Part shown: in pieces, positions 7,671-10,523 of the stretch
Layout of the letters: each line of letters starts with the position of its first letter
Position numbering within the stretch: position 1 is the first letter of the stretch
Assembly (NCBI GenBank): GCA_031960885.1
Contig: JAVRLY010000045.1
Coordinates: 1-10,523, forward strand
Direction: 5' to 3'
From: Desulfurella sp.
Lineage (GTDB): Bacteria; Campylobacterota_A; Desulfurellia; Desulfurellales; Desulfurellaceae
DNA: 10,523 nt
The notes under the pieces: generated by a model
Database searches by the model: none
What the model saw: the letters and a program-made list of their open reading frames with translations, nothing else
What the model was told of the DNA's origin: nothing
Position numbers and translations under genes: made by a program

Positions 7671-8381
7671 ATGAAAGCTTTAGTATTGAGCAATATTGAA
7701 GTTGCAAATCATATATATTGTTTAAGCTTAGAACATGTTGAGGACTTTTTTTACAAAAGTGGTCAATTTATAATGTTAAAAGTAAATAATTTAAATGACC
7801 CTTTGCTTAGAAGACCTTTTAGTATAGCTAAGTTTGGTAAAACATTGGATATTTACTATAAGGTTGTAGGCATTGGAACAAGCTTATTAACATCTTACAA
7901 GCCAGGTGAGTTTATAGAATTCACGGGCCCATTTGGCAATAGTTTTCAGTTGAGACACAAACGATTAGTCTTATGTGGGGGCGGGATTGGCTCAGCCCCT
8001 CTAATAGGCTTAAAAGATTTTTTTAGCTCGAAAAAAATAGCGTGTGAGTGCTTTTTTGGTTTTAATACAGCAAATGAGTGTTTTGTTGACTTTGGCGAAA
8101 TTGCTACGCTAGATGGTTCTAAGGGAACAAAAGGCAGCGTAATTGATTTATTGAACCATTTAGACGAATCTTACCATATGTATGCTTGTGGGCCTGTTGG
8201 TATGTTAAAGTCATTATGCAAGCTTGCAGATGAAAAAGGCTTTAGTATGGATGTGTCTTTAGAATCACATATGGCATGCGGTTTTGGTGTGTGTTTAGGA
8301 TGCACTATAAACACAATTGAAGGCTATAAACAGGTTTGCAAAGATGGTCCTGTATTTAATTATGCGGAGATTGTATGGTAA
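7671..8381 (+). CDS. pyrK: Dihydroorotate dehydrogenase B electron transfer subunit (FAD, [2Fe-2S]), 236 aa
   Basis: GQF, LRRPFSI, GPFGN, GGGIG.AP, ACGP..ML and SLE..MACGFGVCLGC...VCKDGPVF. It lies directly upstream of pyrD. Confidence 0.95.
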   Translation: MKALVLSNIEVANHIYCLSLEHVEDFFYKSGQFIMLKVNNLNDPLLRRPFSIAKFGKTLDIYYKVVGIGTSLLTSYKPGEFIEFTGPFGNSFQLRHKRLVLCGGGIGSAPLIGLKDFFSSKKIACECFFGFNTANECFVDFGEIATLDGSKGTKGSVIDLLNHLDESYHMYACGPVGMLKSLCKLADEKGFSMDVSLESHMACGFGVCLGCTINTIEGYKQVCKDGPVFNYAEIVW

Positions 8382-9286
8382 ACTTAGAGGTAAAGATTGC
8401 AAATATTGTTTTTAAAAATCCAGTTTTAACAGCTTCTGGAACCTTTGGCTACGGTATTGAATACAATCGTTTTTTTGATATAAGTATGCTTGGCGGTGTT
8501 ATTGTCAAAGGCTTAAGCCTAAACCCAAGGCAAGGAAACCAGCCACCACGCATAATCGAAACGCCATGTGGTATGTTAAATTCAATTGGTTTGCAAAATA
8601 TCGGCTTAAAAAAATTTGTCAGCGAGATTTTACCACAATTTGACACTATTAATACAAACTTAATTGTAAATATTTATGGTTCTGAAATTGGAGAATTTGT
8701 GGAACTTGCAAGCAAGCTAAACGATTACGAAAATATCGCTGCTTTAGAGGTTAATGTTTCATGTCCTAATGTAAAAAGTGGTGGTGCAATCTTTGGCAAA
8801 GACCCAGAGGTTGTATTTGTTTTAGTTTCAAGCATAAAAAAAGTTTGTTCTAAACCTATTATTGTCAAATTGACGCCAAATGTAGCAGATGTGGCACTTA
8901 TTGCACAAGCAGCTCAATCAGCCAAAGCAGATGCTGTAAGTTTAATCAATACAATTACTGGCATGGTCATTGATACAAAAACAAAAAAACCTTTTTTAGG
9001 CAATAAGTTTGGAGGATTAAGCGGTCCAGCTATATACCCAGTAGGTCTAAGAATGGTTTATGAAACCTACCAAAAGGTTAATATTCCTATTATCGGCGTT
9101 GGTGGTATATACAACAGTGATGTTGCAATTCAGTATTTGCTTGCTGGTGCATCGCTAATTCAAATTGGAACAGCTAATTTTGTGCAGCCAGATATAAGCT
9201 TAAAAATTATTGAAGGCATAAGGAGGTATTTAGAAGATGAAAAAATTGATGATGTTAATAGCCTTATTGGCTATGCTCACAACTAA
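8375..9286 (+). CDS. pyrD: Dihydroorotate dehydrogenase family 1B catalytic subunit, 303 aa
   Basis: KNPVLTASGTFGYG, GN.PPRI.ET..GMLNSIGLQN.G, EVNVSCPNV (catalytic Cys), VKLTPNV, INT, GGLSGPAI.P and GVGGI. It overlaps pyrK by 7 bp. Confidence 0.97.
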   Translation: MVNLEVKIANIVFKNPVLTASGTFGYGIEYNRFFDISMLGGVIVKGLSLNPRQGNQPPRIIETPCGMLNSIGLQNIGLKKFVSEILPQFDTINTNLIVNIYGSEIGEFVELASKLNDYENIAALEVNVSCPNVKSGGAIFGKDPEVVFVLVSSIKKVCSKPIIVKLTPNVADVALIAQAAQSAKADAVSLINTITGMVIDTKTKKPFLGNKFGGLSGPAIYPVGLRMVYETYQKVNIPIIGVGGIYNSDVAIQYLLAGASLIQIGTANFVQPDISLKIIEGIRRYLEDEKIDDVNSLIGYAHN

Positions 9287-9728
9287 TGCTTTTGCATATA
9301 CGCTGAAAGATTTAGGTATATCTGTTAGAGATTTTCAAAAGATACCTTTTAAACAAACTGCAATTAATGCTATGACCAAACAAAAAATAGAAAGAAATGG
9401 TATATTGACGGTAAAGAAAGCCCAATATATGATATTTTCATATAAAGGTGAAACAATTAAGCTCCAAAATGGAAAAATTTACGATACAATTGATAACAAT
9501 ACAAAGATTTATCCACTAGAGGGTTTTAATCAAGTTTTGTATAATTTGTTTTTAGGTAAAGAAAACATTAATGCTATATTTAACATTACAAAAACAAATG
9601 ATAGTTTTACAGTTGTGCCCACACAAAAAACAAACATAGCCTTAGTTAATGTTTATTTGTATAATCAAAAATTGAAAGAAATAAAAATAACAGATATTTA
9701 TGGCAATATTGTAATATTTGATTTTTAA
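9237..9728 (+). CDS. Exported protein with a LolA (lipoprotein chaperone)-like fold, 163 aa
   Basis: SD TAAGGAGGT at 9219-9227. Sec signal peptide MKKLMMLIALLAMLTTNAFA. LolA-like pattern FKQ...NGILTVKK.QYMIFSY near the N-terminus and ITDIYGNIVIFDF at the C-terminus. Confidence 0.7.
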   Translation: MKKLMMLIALLAMLTTNAFAYTLKDLGISVRDFQKIPFKQTAINAMTKQKIERNGILTVKKAQYMIFSYKGETIKLQNGKIYDTIDNNTKIYPLEGFNQVLYNLFLGKENINAIFNITKTNDSFTVVPTQKTNIALVNVYLYNQKLKEIKITDIYGNIVIFDF

Positions 9729-10523
9729 TGCTACTTTTAGCTGTTGAGCATATTGGCGAAGCTAGAGCTTTTATTGATTACTTTCAAGCAAAAAAAGTTG
9801 GCGATGTATATGCAACAGATGGGATTGTTATATATGTAAATTATGGAAAAGGCGGTTTAAGCCTTGCACTTAATCTTGCAAGACTTTATGAGAGATTTTT
9901 ACCTAACTTAACCATTTTATTTGGTACAGCTGGCAATTTAGCTGACTTAAAAATTGGCGAAATTGTAATTATTGAAAAGTCAAAGCTTTTAGATTCAAGC
10001 CTTGATCCAGTTTTTAATCCAATTGAGTTAAATAATGCCAATGGGTTTAAAAATGTTGATTGTGTAACCATTTTTGGCAACTACGCATTTAATAGAGATT
10101 TAAGTTGTTTTGCGCAGTGTGTTGATATGGAAGCTTATTTTTTTGCCAAATCACTCAAAGAATTACACATCAAAGGCTTGATTATTAAATTAATTAGCGA
10201 TAATAATGATGGAAAATTTATACACCAAACAACACTCAATTACACACAAGCGATTGAGTCAGTGGAGCTATTTAAGAAAATTGCAAACAATAATTTATCG
10301 GAAATATTTATTCATACGCATATTACTGATTTAAAAGTGTTGTTTGGCTTAAAAAGGCTATTTGACCAAAAACGCTACACATTTACAATGCGCCATAATA
10401 TATACAAGAAAATTTTGATAAATACAGCCAAAATTGCAAAAAAACCATTTAAATTAAAAAAAATATTCTGTGAACACTCTATCCAAAATACTTGTGGCAT
10501 TAAAATTAATGACTATGTTAGTT
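9728..10523 (+). CDS. Partial CDS (at least 265 aa, runs off the window) with an N-terminal PNP/UDP-family MTA/SAH-nucleosidase-like domain and an unassigned C-terminal extension
   Basis: ATG9728 overlaps the previous stop (TAATG), and the frame is open to the window end by manual translation: MLLLAVEHIGEARAFIDYF...ILFGTAGNLADLKIGEIV...CVDMEAYFF...IIKLISDNND...KRYTFTMRHNIYKKI...KKIFCEHSIQNTCGIKINDYVS. It contains the family motifs E11, GxAG, DME and ISD. Confidence 0.85.
   Translation, partial: MLLLAVEHIGEARAFIDYFQAKKVGDVYATDGIVIYVNYGKGGLSLALNLARLYERFLPNLTILFGTAGNLADLKIGEIVIIEKSKLLDSSLDPVFNPIELNNANGFKNVDCVTIFGNYAFNRDLSCFAQCVDMEAYFFAKSLKELHIKGLIIKLISDNNDGKFIHQTTLNYTQAIESVELFKKIANNNLSEIFIHTHITDLKVLFGLKRLFDQKRYTFTMRHNIYKKILINTAKIAKKPFKLKKIFCEHSIQNTCGIKINDYVS

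Noticed and set aside
7344..8646. Minus-strand ORFs 7344-7595 and 8449-8646
   Set aside because: Antisense to greA and pyrD, with no independent support.
9886..10080. 64-aa minus-strand ORF, the only track ORF in the last 800 bp
   Set aside because: It is antisense to the real plus-strand ORF starting at 9728, which carries clear PNP/MTAN motifs and was omitted from the track, presumably because it lacks a stop in the window.

Overview
AT-rich bacterial chromosomal window made up almost entirely of housekeeping genes. The gene content and style suggest an anaerobic Gram-negative such as Desulfurellales/Campylobacterota or a relative (inference only). Left to right: (1) a structured, partly GC-richer non-coding stretch (1-124) with two inverted repeats; (2) a small hypothetical gene (206-511, +) with its own promoter and SD, resembling phage-type Sm-like proteins; (3) a minus-strand molybdenum-cofactor pair, a MoeA-like molybdopterin-binding protein with a C-terminal four-Cys motif followed by moeA; (4) a 110-bp divergent control region with two sigma70-like promoters that both look leaderless and a correctly spaced ModE-type palindrome between them; (5) a tightly packed plus-strand run: an MqnF/MtaD-like amidohydrolase, carB, greA, pyrK, pyrD, a compact LolA-fold exported protein, and a 3'-truncated ORF (9728->end, missing from the supplied ORF track) with an MTA/SAH-nucleosidase-like N-terminal domain and a C-terminal extension. 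I found no rRNA, tRNA, CRISPR array or transposase gene. The most interesting items are the Sm-like orphan, the ModE box with its divergent leaderless promoters, and the extended nucleosidase ORF.
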